A DNA stretch of 64,000 nucleotides from positions 1,612,001 through 1,676,000 of the forward strand of contig CATOCA020000001.1 of NCBI GenBank assembly GCA_951406725.2, in the 5' to 3' direction. A program made the position numbers and the translations under genes. The notes under the pieces were generated by a model. It saw only the letters and a program-made list of their open reading frames with translations, made no database searches and was not told the DNA's origin. Below, piece after piece: positions 1 through 14,854 of this stretch. Every line of letters begins with the position of its first letter. Within the stretch, counting starts at the first letter, position 1. The stretch comes from Octopus vulgaris. Lineage: Eukaryota.

Positions 1-989
1 ACACGTCAAGTGTTGAAATGGTCGCTGTGTAACATAAGATGAAGTGTTCTGCGCACAATACACCACGCGTCCCAGGATCTGAAATCATGACCTTAATCAC
101 GATTTCATGTGTCCTCGACTTCAATTATATTACCAAAATGGTATTTTTCATATGTCCTGGCAACACCCAGACAATATTCTTATCTACTTGACGCTTTTCT
201 AAAACAAACGCCATTGTTTTTATCGATTATTGGGATTGCGATATCTGCTCAAAGACACGACCTCATCTCTCTAGTTACTAAAATGCAAACCCAACCAATT
301 TTCCTCGTTTCTCAGAATATATTTCAGTTGGTTGTAAAGTATTCTAGTTGTTCACTGGCGGAAAGACTATGACCACAGGCGTTTCGGTCATGATCATCCC
401 GTTGATTTATTTACATCGTAATGTGTGTTCTATTCTTTCCGTGGTTAAGACGATAGGGTGTGAGACAATGGAATATCATTGTCTCAAATGCTTACGATAG
501 GGCTGATAGCGCAAATGTTCAAGTAATGGACATTCATTAGTCCTGAAACCTACATCTACAATAATTATTGTATGACATCACATGATGTGAATGTTAATTT
601 TCATACATCTCTCCGAAATATTAGTCCGGCCTTACTATCAAGATGAACCTGCAATTTATTAAATGACATATAGGACTGAATTATTCTGCTACTAGCAGAA
701 GAATGAAAGCGATATATTCTACGTGGTTTAATCTCCATGTGTGTAACTTTCATGTTCATGGGTTATCTCAAGTGCAGCATTCTCTGTATGGTTTAGGGGC
801 GTCCAGTTCACCCTGTGTAACTTGCCGGAGGTCTCACACAGCAGATGCAGATATTAGAGGGTAAAGACGGTACTGAATCCCTAAGCTGTTCACGTGTGAA
901 TCCGCATATCAATTTATTATTATTCCATATACAAACATCAGTTTATATTGTGTGAGTACGTTTGTGTATATATACATATATACATAATT

Positions 990-1700
990 AAGATTTTGCT
1001 TACAAACTTTGTCTCCCTTTTCAGCTTCCTTTCAGCAACCAAAACCATGTCTCAATATTACTATTTCCTGCAACTATCTTTGCCAATCTACCAGGGAAAA
1101 ACATTCTCTTGTCAGTTAGATAATCTCTCTTCTTTTTTCTGGTTTTAATTTCATTTGGCTTTTTCCTTTCCTGTCTCCTACTGTAACTCTTGCAACTCAT
1201 AAATTATATTCACTATTATATACATCAACTCTAGCTAACTCTACGGTACCTTCTGCTCATATTAAACCTCACCCACCTTCGTTATTCTAAGTAAATCTTG
1301 CTCTTCGTAATCGAGGCTGAAGTCCTCCATTCATATCGAATTCCTTCCTAGTTATTTTGTCAAGATTTGCAAATTGAGATCTTTTCCAATCAACAAAATC
1401 TGCTGAATACCGAAGTAACCATACTTCCCAAAGTTTTACAACCTTTTCTAGATTTAGAACACTAAGCTTTCCCTTTATTAGCTTCTTTTCCCTTCCGATG
1501 TACTCCTTATCTATTTCCATTGTTAGGACACTCTCAGATTCTAATACTCCGAAGCACTTATGATTCTCTGCCTTCAGTGATTTTACTCTCTTGCTATCTG
1601 GCCTTCACTGCTGACTACCTGTCCCCTTCTTATGACTTATGTGGCGCACATATCTATGCCAAATTCCTATATCTTTGCTGAAGAATCTTACAATTCTTGT
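990..1700 (-). mobile_element. Non-LTR retrotransposon (R4/Dong-like) RT C-terminal remnant
   Basis: ORF 1287-1520 (KEYIGREKKLIKGKLSVLNLEKVVKLW..LLRYSADFVDW) matches the post-RT region of R4-clade LINEs. Paralogous to 33115-33830. Confidence 0.75.
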
Positions 1701-2249
1701 ACTTATAGATGTACACACTTGCGTGTGAATATCTATAGGAATATGCCACTGCATGTATGTGTGTATATGTTAGTGCGCATATGTATATATGTATGTCTGT
1801 ATGCATGTGTGCGTATACATTTATCCCCTTGACCCCTAAGTCAAACACACCCTCACTATATAGACTAATCTCTATATACTCTCATATGTTTCTCATTCGC
1901 CAAATAATAGACTCTTCCAAGGCCTTCCAAATCTGATTCACTTTCTATTCAAAGATGCAACTGATAACTTCCATTATCCTTTGCCAGGGACCTTCCTAGA
2001 AACTTTACTAACTCTTCGATCACGAAAATACCCAACACATTTATCTGAGAATTCCATGGTTTCCCAAAAGACTGGTAACGAATAATATCCTCGATAAAGG
2101 ATATTATGCATTTCTGCATTTTCTTCTTCTTTCTCCAATAACGGAATGATTTGCTCAGATGGAATTCTTTACTCAATAACATGCTTAGCTATTCTAGAAA
2201 CATCTATAAAAGACTTTGCCAATTTCTATAACCACTCTGCACAGTTCTT

Positions 2250-2610
2250 TTATTTGTTTCAGACATTTCACTGCGGCCATGCTGGAGTCTTTTTAATCGA
2301 ACAAATGGACCCCGGGACTTATTATTTGTAAATCCAGTACTTATACTATAGTGTCCTTTTGCTAAACCGCTAAGTTAGGAGTACGTAAACTCACCAACAC
2401 CGGTTGTCAAGCGATGGTGGCGGGACAAAACACACACACACTTACGACGGATGTCTTTCAGTTTCCGTCTCCCAAATCCACTAAAAAGGCTTAGGTCAGC
2501 CCGAGGCTATAGTAGAACGCATTTCCCCAGTGTGCCACGCAGTGGGACTGAACCCCGAACCATGTGATTGGTAAGCACGCTACTTACCAAACAGCCACTC
2601 CTGCACCTAT
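2250..2610 (-). mobile_element. tRNA-derived SINE, family A (cephalopod-type; many further copies, e.g. ~9590-10075, 18100-18590, 19370-19820, 30045-30535, 31490-31940)
   Basis: The minus-strand head AGGTGCAGGAGTGGCTGTTTGGTAAG...GGTTCAGTCCC shows A/B-box-like motifs. The internal core and the GAAACAA(G)TAAAAGAA tail are shared with the other copies. Confidence 0.8.
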
Positions 2611-3185
2611 ACTTATATTATAAATTATAAAATGAATGTTCTTGATTAACGCTAAATATTTTTCTTGATCATTATCTGTTATAATTTATGTCCCTCCGCT
2701 CAATGATCAACCACTTCATATCACCTTTGATACACAATTTCTGCACCACATTTTTCTGTTTCAGCCGGTGTTTTAGTTGTAAACCAAACTGAGCAGTCAC
2801 ACTACATACGGCCTTTTACATGATTTTCTTTTGTATCAACGCTAAGGTATAATATATACTTTTATGTGGCTTTGGGGAGGGCATGGAACACATTTCTTCT
2901 ATTTGTATGTATTTCAATTACTCGGGTAACGAACGATTCCTTTAACGAAAATGACTTGGAAAGGATTATGTGCATATATAGAGATGCCACTGGTTTGAGA
3001 ACTTTTGAGTCGAACTAATTGACCTCAGTACTTAATGTTTTAAGCCTTGTACTTATTTTATTGGAGTATATTGGTGAACCGCTAAGTTAACGGAACGTAA
3101 ACACACCAACACAGGCCGTCAAGCGGTGGGACAAACACGTACACAGAGACACACGCACACACTGATACATACAGACAGACATATA

Positions 3186-3555
3186 TAGGCATAGGAGTGT
3201 CCGTAGAGTAAGAAACACATGGTTCCAGGTTCAGTCCCATTGCCAGACACCTTGGCTGAGTGTCTTCTACTATAGCCTAGGGCCGACCAAAGCCTTTTGA
3301 GTGGATTTCATAGATGGAAACACAAATAAGCCCGTCCTATGTGTGTGTATTTGTGTGTCTATATTTGTCCCTCCACCATCCCTTGACAACCGATGTTGGT
3401 GTGCTTACGTCCCTGTAACCTAGCGGTTCTGGAAAGGAAACTGATAGAAAAAGTAATAGGCTTACAAAGATTAAGTCTTAGGGTCGATTTGTTCGACTAA
3501 AGGCGGAGCTCCAACATGACCGCAGTCAAATGACTGAAACAAGTAAAAGAATAGT
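3186..3555 (+). mobile_element. SINE family A, plus-strand copy (repeated at ~12020, 23720, 36320)
   Basis: Reads GGTTCAGTCCC...GTGTCTTCTACTATAGCC...TGACTGAAACAAGTAAAAGAATA, the reverse complement of the 2250-2610 and 44820-45196 copies. Confidence 0.8.
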
Positions 3556-4149
3556 CACGACGGGCTTCTTTCCGTTTCCATCTACCAAATCCACTCCTGA
3601 GGATTTTGAGAGTCCAATGGCTACGGTAGAAGACATGTGCGCAGTGTGCCACGCAGTGGAACTGAACCCGAAACCAGATCTGGAAGCAAGCGTCTTACCA
3701 CACAGCCGCGCCTAAACATGCCCACCTACACAGATTCAATCCAAGGAAACACGCATAAAGATGAAACACTCTCTAAGCCGTTCACTTTATAATTTGTTAA
3801 AACCATTAACATGGTGTCCATTAGTGAGTGATGCTGTGTTTTGTTTCATTTCTCCTACACATTGATTTCAAATTTTGGCACAACACCAGCAATTTCGGGG
3901 GAGAGAGTAAGTTGATTACATCGACCCCAGTACATAACTGATATTGATTTCATCGACCCCGAAAGGAAAAAAGGGAAAGACAACCTCGGCGGAATATTTC
4001 TACTTAATATTTAATATTATTACATTCATGCATTTTTGAAATTGGGTGTTAAAACAGAAATTCTTCTATTTGGAGATGGTCGTCTGTTGCCAATGAAACA
4101 CGCGCAATATATATTTGATATTCACTTTATTGTTGTTGTTGTTGTTGTT

Positions 4150-4507
4150 GTTGGTACGCCGGGCGAAACGTTTAGAAGTATTTCGTCTGCGGTTACGTTC
4201 TGAGTTCAAATTCCACCGAGGTCGATATTGCCTTTCATCCTTTTGTAGTCGATTAAATAAGTACCAGTTACGCACTGGAGGCGATATAATCGACTTAATC
4301 AGCCTGTCTGTCCTTGTTTGTCCTCTCTGTGTTTAGCCCCTTGTGGGTAGTAAAGAGATAAGTATTTCGTCTCTCACTACATTCTGAGTACAAATTCCGC
4401 TTAGATCGACTTTGCCCTTCATCCTTTCGGAGACGATAAATTAAGTACCAGTTACACACTGGGATCGATGTAATGGACTTGTCCTTGTGCTTCCAGTAGA
4501 CAGGATA

Positions 4508-4555
<48 letters not shown>

Positions 4556-4775
4556 TGAGGTTTAGCTGGCAGAATCGTTAGCATTTCGGGCAAAATGCTT
4601 GGTAGTATTTCATCCATCATTAGTTTCTGAGTTCAAATCCCCCGAGGTCAACTTCACATTTCAACATTTCGAGGTCTATAAATTAAATACCAGTTGAGTA
4701 CTAGGGGCTATGTAATCGACTAACTCCCCCATCCAAGAATATGTCAGGCTTTGTGCTTATAGTAGGAACGACTAT
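4150..4775 (+). mobile_element. Cluster of SINE family B copies separated by (ATT)n (repeated in each tandem unit)
   Basis: Three successive TTCTGAGT(T/A)CAAAT..CC..(G)A(G)GTC(G)AC..CTT(T)CATCC core blocks. The head GCTGGCAGAATCGTTAGCA lies at ~4565. Confidence 0.7.
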
Positions 4776-4780
4776 TATTA

Positions 4781-4835
<55 letters not shown>

Positions 4836-5136
4836 CATTATTATTATTATTACTATTAGTATAAATTCTTTCGTCTCACATACTGTGATCTCCTCAGCGA
4901 CTCTCTACTACGCCTTTTTCTTCTTATCCTGCTTATTCTGTATTAAATTTTATATTAAATGTCTACTTTTCTACTGTTTGTCAAGTGGTGTGTTTATCAA
5001 ATAATTTATACTCGGAACAATTGTACAAACGGAATTTCCCACTTGGTGCAGCTATATATTTTAGTAATTGTTTGAATGAATACACGCACATACACAACTC
5101 ACTTATATGTTTGTGTGTGTGTGTGTGTATATATTT

Positions 5137-5222
<86 letters not shown>

Positions 5223-5304
5223 ATGTATATATATATAAGCATAGTAGAAATATGTTAAAGAAAGAAAATATAAAATACACGTGGAAATGTAAGGATAAAA
5301 GATG

Positions 5305-5386
<82 letters not shown>

Positions 5387-5902
5387 TTAGTGGGGGGCAA
5401 CCAGATCGAACCTTCCCAAGTGTTACTGCCCGAGATGGTCGTGACTTGTGGGACTTGACTGAGGAAAGAGAGCCTTATTTTTATTACCATTTATATAAGT
5501 ATGTATGTGTGTGTGTGTGTGTGTGTATGTGTGTGTGTGTGTGTATGTGTGTGTGTGAGTATGTGTGTGTGTGTGTGTGTTTCAATCTATGTATTGAAGT
5601 TTCTGTTTGTTTATCTGTCTAATTATTTTTCGAATTGTCTCTCTCTCTCTCTTTCTCTCTTTCTTTCTATTTTCTTTCCCTCTCTCTCTGTTCCACACTT
5701 TCATTTTCTCTCTCTTTTTCTGTCTTTCTGACTTTCTCTCTTACTCTCTCTCTCTCTCTCTCTCTTCGTAATGCTATTTTTAGTGTGCTGGTGCTGCTTG
5801 TAGGACCTTTAATTATTAATTAATGATGCCTTACCTTATGGCATTTTTTTACGGATGCTTGACACTTGATAATATTGTAAGCAATAATATCCTTATATAT
5901 AC

Positions 5903-5970
<68 letters not shown>

Positions 5971-8001
5971 TTATACACAGGTATGTATGATTGTGTATAG
6001 GAGAATATATTACTGAAAGAAATTCCAACTTTGATTTTCATGATTTATTTATAATCCTATAATAATATATGATAAGATAAGATAACATAATGAAGCGATA
6101 GAATATCAAATATCCACTCTGATTGAACTAGTACTTTCATGCATTCTTCAAGTTGTATAAAAATAGTTATTGTCTGCATCATTCCAAAGAGAAATAAAGT
6201 CTCCATAAAGTGTAAAAGTTAGAAATAATTTGTATGGTGTTAGTAACAAAATATTTTGTTAGAAATAGGATTATTATCATCGTTCTTAAATTTAATCTCG
6301 CCAGTGTAGATATGTGTGTGTATAAATATCAATTTTAAATATTTACAGGAAAGTAGCAAAAATTGATTTACATTTACCATGCCGGTTTCAAATATGACTT
6401 CAGTATTAATTTTTTACAGAAATTAAATAGGGTTTATCCACTTATCTGAATATTCTATTACCTCATGAAAGTTTATTGTCTCATTTTGCGGCTTGTATCG
6501 GATAAGAATTCTGACCGAAGTACACATTTTTTATAACCCGTTATGTGTTTTTTTAACGGCAGTGTCAGTATTTTCTGTCGATGTATGTTATTCGCTGTAC
6601 TTTAATATCCGGAAAATAAATCCATTTTTAAGAAATTCACCATTTCTACACGACGCAAAGTATTATAAGATGAGGTGATTTGCTTAAGAACGCAATACAA
6701 TTCCCTTTACGGGAATTGAAACCGCGATCTCGCTATCGCGAATGTAACACCGTTAACAGCGTGGTCATTCGCCTTGGACACCAATTATATTATTTAACAT
6801 GTTATATGACATAGGTGGGACAGCATCCCAGAATCCTTCTTATCTACTAGGCGTTTTCCCGAAGCAACACCCACTGAATTTACATGGATCCCGAGAAAAA
6901 TCTGAGCGTTACTCCTAAGTGATGTCTCTTGTCAGCTAACGATATAGCGTTGTATCATGTAATGATAGAAAGTCTGACGCAGAAAATTGCGTTGTTTGAT
7001 GTGGTGATACAAAGTCTGAGAACGAAGCCAATTTTAGGTACATATCTTTGTTTGTTTTTTTGTGTTTTAATTAGGGTGTTGTTGTCGACGTTGTTGTTTG
7101 CCCTGACTGATCGTAATTTTGCACAAAGGCATTCCAATTATACCCTACTAATTATTTTTATTCAAACATTAGCAACCATGTCCTCCATTGTCTAAAATAA
7201 GAGTGTGTGATTGGAAAGAGATTTCGCAGGTATCTCCAGGTGTTTGATGGAAAACATTGTAAACATATCTGCGCCACAAGCCAATGTTTCCTGATTGAGT
7301 AAAGCTATGGTCAGAGGACATCCAGTCGTCATCTTCCCATCCATTTAGTTATATAGCATTGTCTCCGGTCTCTAGGTGAGCAGGGTTTTCCCTGAATTTG
7401 CACACATGCAACCAAAAACCCATAGGACACTTGTGGGTATACCACTAAATACATGCTTCCAATTCCTCAGATCTGAATGCTTCGCCACCTTCCCATCCCC
7501 GCAGGACTTTCAAATGAAAAAAATAAGTTGTACAGTTAAAAAGTATAGAGCTTAAATTAAAAAGATAATATTAAACAAGAATATCCAAGCAAAATAGTCG
7601 GCAATGCCTGTACACAATGCCTGTACACAAATTTACAAATTGCTTTGCAGCGTTTCTGTCGGCTATTCGCGTTCTGAGTTCCTTTCCCGCTGAAGTCCCC
7701 TTTGCGTTTCATTTCTCAGAGGTGCTGAAGTCCAATTAGTCGACTGACCACTTCCCCCACAATAACACAACCACTGGCATTCTACCTAAGACAGAAACAA
7801 CATTATATGAGCGGCAATCTAGGATTTCAGGACAAAGAATTGCTACGCGGTGTCATATGTAATCATGTATGGTTATATAAAGATGCAGCAAGATATATAC
7901 ATAAACAAACACACACAAATATATTTGCGTGTATGTGTGTGTGTGTAAGTGTACATGTGTGTGCTTGTGTTTGTGACTGTGTGCAATTATGTACGTTTGT
8001 T

Positions 8002-8041
<40 letters not shown>

Positions 8042-9478
8042 CGTAGCGCCCTGTGAGTGGATTTGGTAGACAGAAACTATATGTATATATATGTGTGTGT
8101 GTGTCTATATGTTTCTATGTGTCATTTTATTGTTCACTTTTGCCGATCCGCTATGTTAAGGGGAGCGAAATAAAACCATGCTGCCAAGCTGTGAATGGAG
8201 AATAAACATAGACACACATACGTTTGAATGTGTTATTTTATTGCTCACTTTTGCCGATCCGCGATGTTAAGGGTGATGTAATGGTTGCTTGGAACCAAAT
8301 GCTCACCGCCAAATTATCGTCAGAAATTAAATACGTTTTATCCACTTATCTGAATATTCTATTGCCTCATATAAGTTTTTTGTCTCACCTTCCAGCTGCG
8401 ATCCGATAAACATACTGAATGAAGTACCCTGTTGTAATAATTCTCTATTTTTTTTTAAACGAAAGTCGCAGTATTTTCTCTTGGTGTATATGATTGGCTG
8501 CAATTCTTTAATATCCGGAAAACAAATCCATTTTCCACCTATTCACGATTCCTACAAGTCAAATGTTTTTATCGATTATTGGGATGGCGATATCTGCTCA
8601 AAGACACGACCTCATCTCTCTAGTTACTAAAATGCAAACCCGACGAATTTCCCTCCTTTCCCAGAATATATTTCAGTTGGTTGTAAAGTATGCTTGTTTT
8701 ACACTGATCAGAAAACATGATCATAGACAAAACTATGATCAGAAGCGTTCCGGTCGTGATCATCCCGTCGCTTTACTTATATTGCAATGTGTGTTGTGTT
8801 CTTTCCGTGGTTAAGACGATAGGGTGTGAGACAATGGAATATCATAGTCTCAAATGCTTACGATAGGGCTGATGGCGCAAATGTAAAAGTAATGGGCATT
8901 CATTAGTCCTGAAACCTATATCAACAATCATTATTGTAATACATCACATGATGTGGATGATAATTTTCATAGATCTTTCCGAAATATAAGTCCGACCTTT
9001 CTATCAAGATGAAGCATCAATTTATTAAACGACATCTAGGACTGAATTATTCTGCAGCTTGCAGGAGAATGAAAGTGATATTCTACGTGGTTTACTCTGC
9101 ATTTGTGTTTAGTATATTGTAACTTTCATGTACATGGGTTATCTCAAGTACAACATACCCTCGAATATTTAGGGGCGTCCAGTTCACCCTGTGTAACTTG
9201 CCGAAGGACTCACACAGCAGATGCAGGTACTAGAGGGTAAAGACGGTACTAATTCTCTAAGTTGTTCACTTGAGCATCCGCATACCAATTTATTATTATT
9301 CCATATACACAAAACACTTTAGATTGTCTGAATACGTTTGTGTGTATATATATATATATACTAATGTATATGTGGGCGTCTATGAGCATGTGTGTGTGTG
9401 AGTACATGCACAAGTGTACGGCGTTCAAAATACACACACAGACACACACACACGCAGATACACACACACACATATTTA

Positions 9479-9534
<56 letters not shown>

Positions 9535-10615
9535 TACGCATTCAGAGATCAACACACACATATAAAAAGTGTATTCGTTTCTTTAATTATTTTACTTGCT
9601 TAAGTCATTTGACTGCGTCCTTACTGGAGTTCCACCTAAAAAGCCTTTAAGCCGAAGAACCGAAAGTTTACCACTGGGCTTATTCTTGGTAAGCCTGGTA
9701 CTTATTTTATTGACCGCTTTTGCCGAACAGCTATGTTAAAGCGGGCGTAAAAGACCTGCTGTCAAACTATGAACGCGTAACCAACATAGTCACACAGACA
9801 CACACGCACACAGGTAAACACACACACACACACTCATACATACACACACACGCGCGCGCGCCACACATATACTCACAGACACACTCACACACACATATGT
9901 ATATATATATATATAACGGATTTCCTTCGGGTCCGTCTACTAAACCCACTCACAAGTCTTTGCTCGGCCCGAGGTTATAGTAGAAGACACTTTCCCAGGT
10001 TGCCAAGCAGGGAAACGAAACCTGGATCTATGTGCTTGCGGAGCAAGCTTCTTGCCACATAGCCACGCCTATGCATGTGTGTTTATGTAGAAGTCTATAA
10101 ACAGGATGAACAGGACAATCAAATGTTTAACTAATATTTCTTACTTGCGTGTAACAACGTTATGGTTGCTTGGAACAAAATGCTCACCGACAAATGACCG
10201 TCAGGAACAACGTTATTCTATTAAGTTGCATAGTTATAGAAAGATAGAAAAAAGGAAAAATAAATCATATATTTGTGTGTGTGTATATATAAATAAATTT
10301 TAAATTTTAAAAGAAATGTAACAAAAATTGATTTATCTATTCGCATTCTGAGTTCCTTTCCTGTCGAATTCCCCTTTGCCTTTCATTTCTCAGAGGTGCT
10401 GAATTGCAATTAGTCGACTGTCCACCTCCCCCACAAAACACAACCCTGGCATTCTACCTAACCCAGAAACCACTTTATAAGCGGCAATCTAGGATTTTAG
10501 GACGAAGAATTTCTACGCGGGGTCATATGTAATCATGTATGGTTATATAAAATGCATGAGGATATATATACATACACAAACACGCAAAAATATGTGTGTG
10601 TATGTATGTTAGTTC

Positions 10616-10661
<46 letters not shown>

Positions 10662-10900
10662 GTATATATGAATGTATATGTGAGCGTGTGTCTACATGTG
10701 TGTGTGTGAATACATGCACATATGTACGAGGCAAAACATTCACACACATACATATATATAGGTATATAAATACATATGTATATATTCATACGCATTTATA
10801 TATATACACAGACATGCGCACACACATATATAAATGTGTAGTGCGTGTGTGTATGTGTATGTCTCTCTCTGTATGTATGTGTGTGTATACATGCATCCTT

Positions 10901-11416
10901 TTAACCCCCAAGTCAAACACCCCTTCACTATATAGACTAATCTCTATATACTCTCATATATTTCTCATTCGCCCAATAATAGACTCTTCCAAGGCCTTCC
11001 AAATCTGATTCACTTTCTATTCAAAGATGCAACTGTTAATTTCCATTATCCTTTGCCAGGGACTTTCCTGGAAACTTTACTAACTCTTCGATCACGAAAA
11101 TACCAGACACATTTATCTGAGAACTCCATGGTTTCCCAAAAGACTGGTAACGAATAATATCCTCGATTAAGGATATTATGCATTTCTGCATTTTCTTTTT
11201 TTGTGCATATTTGTAACCACTCTGCACAGTTCTTTTATTTGTTTCAGCCATTTCACTGCAGCCATGCTGGAGCAATGCCTTTTTCACCGAACTTATTATT
11301 TATAAGACTTGTACTTATTCTATGAGTCTCCTTTGCTGAACCACTAATTTACATGGACGTAAACTCACCAACATCGGTTGTAAAGCGATGGTGGTGGACA
11401 GACACAGACACAAAAA

Positions 11417-11450
<34 letters not shown>

Positions 11451-13365
11451 ACTTATATTATAAATTATAAAATGAATGTTCTTGAAAAAGGCTAAATGTT
11501 TTTCTTGCTCCTAATCTGTTATAATTTATGTCCCTCCGCTCAATGATCAACCACACCTTAAACCCATGATACCCAATTTCTGCACCACATTTTTCTGTTC
11601 AAGCCGGTGTTTTAGTGGTAAACGAAACTGAGCAGTCACACTACATACGACCTTTTAAATGATTTTCTTTTGTATCAACGCTAAGGTATAATATATACTT
11701 TTATGTGGCTTTGGGGAGTGGCATGAACGGATTTCTTCTATTTGTATGTATTTCAATTTCTCGTGTAACGAACAATTCCTTTAACGAACATGGCTCGGAA
11801 AGGATTATGTGTATATATAGAGATGGCACTGGTTTGAGAAGTTTTGAGTCGAACTAATTGACCTCTGTACTTAATTTTTAAGCCTTGTACTTATTTTATT
11901 GGAGTATATTGGTGAACCGCTAAGTTACCGGAACGTAAACACACCAACACAGGTCATCAAGCGGTGGGACAAACACTGACACAAAGACACACACACTGAT
12001 ACATACAGACAGACATATATAGACATAGAAGTGGCCGTAGAGTATGAAACACATGGTTCCGTGTTCAGTCCCGTTGCGAGACATTTTGGCTGAGTGTCTT
12101 CTACAATAGCCAAGGGCCGACCATAGTCTTGTGAGTGGATTTCATAGATGGAAACTCAAATAAGCCCGTCGTATGTGTGTGTGTGTATTTGTGTGTCTAT
12201 ATTTGTCCCTCCACCATCATTTGACAACCGATGTTGGTGTGCTTACGTCCCTGTAACATAGCGGTTCTGGAAAAGAAACTGATAGAATAAGTACTAGGAT
12301 TACAAAGGTTAAGTCCTAGGGTCGATTTGTTCGACTAAAGGCGGAGCTCCAACATGGCCGCAGTCAAATGACTGAAACAAGTAAAAGAATAGTCACGATA
12401 GGCTTCTTTCCGTTTCCATCTACCAAATCCACATATGAAGATTTTGAGAGTCCAATGGCTACAGTAGAAGACATTTATGTAGCGTGCCACGCAGTGGAAC
12501 TGAACCCGAATGCAAATTTGGAAGCAAGCGTCTTACCACACATCCGCGCCTAAACATGCTCCCCTACACAGATTCAATCCAAGGAAACACGCATAAAGAT
12601 GAAACACTCTCCAAGCCGTTCACTTTATAATTTGTTAAAACCATTAACATGGTGTCCATTAGTGAGTGATGCTGTGTTTTTTTTTTATTTCTCCTACACA
12701 TTGATTCCAAATTTTGGCACAACACCAGCAATTTCAGGGGAGGAGTAAGTTGATTACATCGACCCCAGTATATAACTGATATTCATTTCATCGACCCCGA
12801 AAGGATAAAAGGCAAAGACAACCTCGGCGGAATATTTCTACTTAATATTTAATATTATTACGTTCATGCATTTTTGAAATTGGGTGTTAAAACAGAAATT
12901 CTTCTATTTGGAGATGGTCGTCTGTTGCCAATGAAACACGCGCAATATATATTTGATATTCACTTTATTGTTGTTGTTGTTGTTGTTGGTACGCCGGGCG
13001 AAACGTTTAGAAGTATTTCGTCTGCGGTTACGTTCTGAGTTCAAATTCCACCGAGTCCAAATTCCACCGAGGTCGATATTGCCTTTCATCCTTTTGTAGT
13101 CGATTAAATAAGTACCAGTTACGCACTGGAGGCGATATAATCGACTTAATCAGCGTGTCTGTCCTTGTTTGTCCTCTCTGTGTTTAGCCCCTTGTGGGTA
13201 GTAAAGAGATAAGTATTTCGTCTCTCACTACATTCTGAGTTCAAATTCCGCTTAGATCGACTTTGCCCTTCATCCTTTCGGAGACGATAAATTAAGTACC
13301 AGTTACACACTGGGATCGATGTAATGGACTAGTCCTTGTGCTTCCAGTAGACAGGATAATAAAAC

Positions 13366-13415
<50 letters not shown>

Positions 13416-13640
13416 TGAGGTTTAGCTGGCAGAATCGTTAGCATTTCGGGCAAAATGCTTGGTAGTATTTCATCCATCATTAGTTTCTGAGTTCAAATCC
13501 CCCGAGGTCAACTTCACATTTCAACATTTCGAGGTCTATAAATTAAATACCAGTTGAGTACTAGGGGCTATGTAATCGACTAACTCCCCCATCCAAGAAT
13601 ATGTCAGGCTTTGTGCTTATAGTAGGAACGACTATTATTA

Positions 13641-13689
<49 letters not shown>

Positions 13690-13986
13690 CATTATTATTA
13701 TTATTACTATTAGTATAAATTCTTTCGTCTCACATACTGTGATCTCCTAGCGACTCTCTGCTACGACTTTTTCTTCTTATCCTGCTTATTCTGTATTAAA
13801 ATTTATATTAAATGTCTACTTTTCTACTGTTTGTCAAGTGGTTTGTTTATCAAATAATTTATACTCGGAACAATTGTACAAACGGAATTTCCCACTTGGT
13901 GCAGCTATATATTTTAGTAATTGTTTGAATGAATACACGCACATACACAACTCACTTATATGTTTGTGTGTGTGTGTGTGTATATA

Positions 13987-14079
<93 letters not shown>

Positions 14080-14157
14080 ATATATATATAAGCATAGTAG
14101 AAATATGTTAAAGAAAGAAAATATAAAATACACGTGGAAATGTAAGGATAAAAGATG

Positions 14158-14234
<77 letters not shown>

Positions 14235-14782
14235 CTTTTAGTGGGGGGCAACCAGATCGAACCTTCCCAAGTGTTACTGCCCGAGATGGTCGTGATTTGT
14301 GGGACTTGACTGAGGAAAGAGAGCGTTATTTTTTTTACCATTTATATAAGAATGTATGTGTGTGTGTGTGTGTGTGTGTATGTGTGTATGTGTGTGTGTG
14401 TGTGTGTATGTGTTTGTGTGAGTATGTGTGTGTGTGTGTGTGTTTCAATCTATGTATTGAAGTTTCTGTTTGTTTATCTGTCTAATTATTTTTCGAATTG
14501 TCTCTCTCTCTCTCTTTCTCTCTTTCTTTCTTTTTCTTTCCCTCTCTCTCTGTTCCACACTTTCATTTTCTCTCTCTTTTTCTCTCTTTCTGACTTTCTC
14601 TCTTACTCTCTCTCTCTCTCTCTCTCTCTCTTCGTAATGCTATTTTTAGTGTGCTGGTGCTGCTTGTAGGAACTTTAATCATTAATTAATGATGCCTTAC
14701 CTTATGGCATTTTTTTACGCATGCTTGCCACTTGATGATATTGTAAGCAATAATATCCTTATATATACATATATATATATAC

Positions 14783-14854
<72 letters not shown>

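Larger units (their letters stand above)
1830..10900. repeat. Tandem unit copy 1 (~9.1 kb; lacks the ~3.2 kb block that carries the LINE)
   Basis: Marker spacing 1948 to 11021. The junction at ~10,840 joins sequence equivalent to ~19,350 directly to sequence equivalent to ~22,540. Confidence 0.85.

Noticed and set aside
109-372. 87-aa ORF conserved at 32581-32847
   Set aside because: Conservation reflects the segmental duplication. Differences between copies are largely amino-acid changing, the ~20466 copy has internal stops, and I see no recognisable domain.
461-486. Perfect 10-bp hairpin TGAGACAATG-gaatat-CATTGTCTCA flanked by ACGATAGGG direct repeats, present in six module copies
   Set aside because: Paralogous copies carry non-compensated stem mutations (8827, 17330, 29275, 32936), and the stem is too short for a pre-miRNA.
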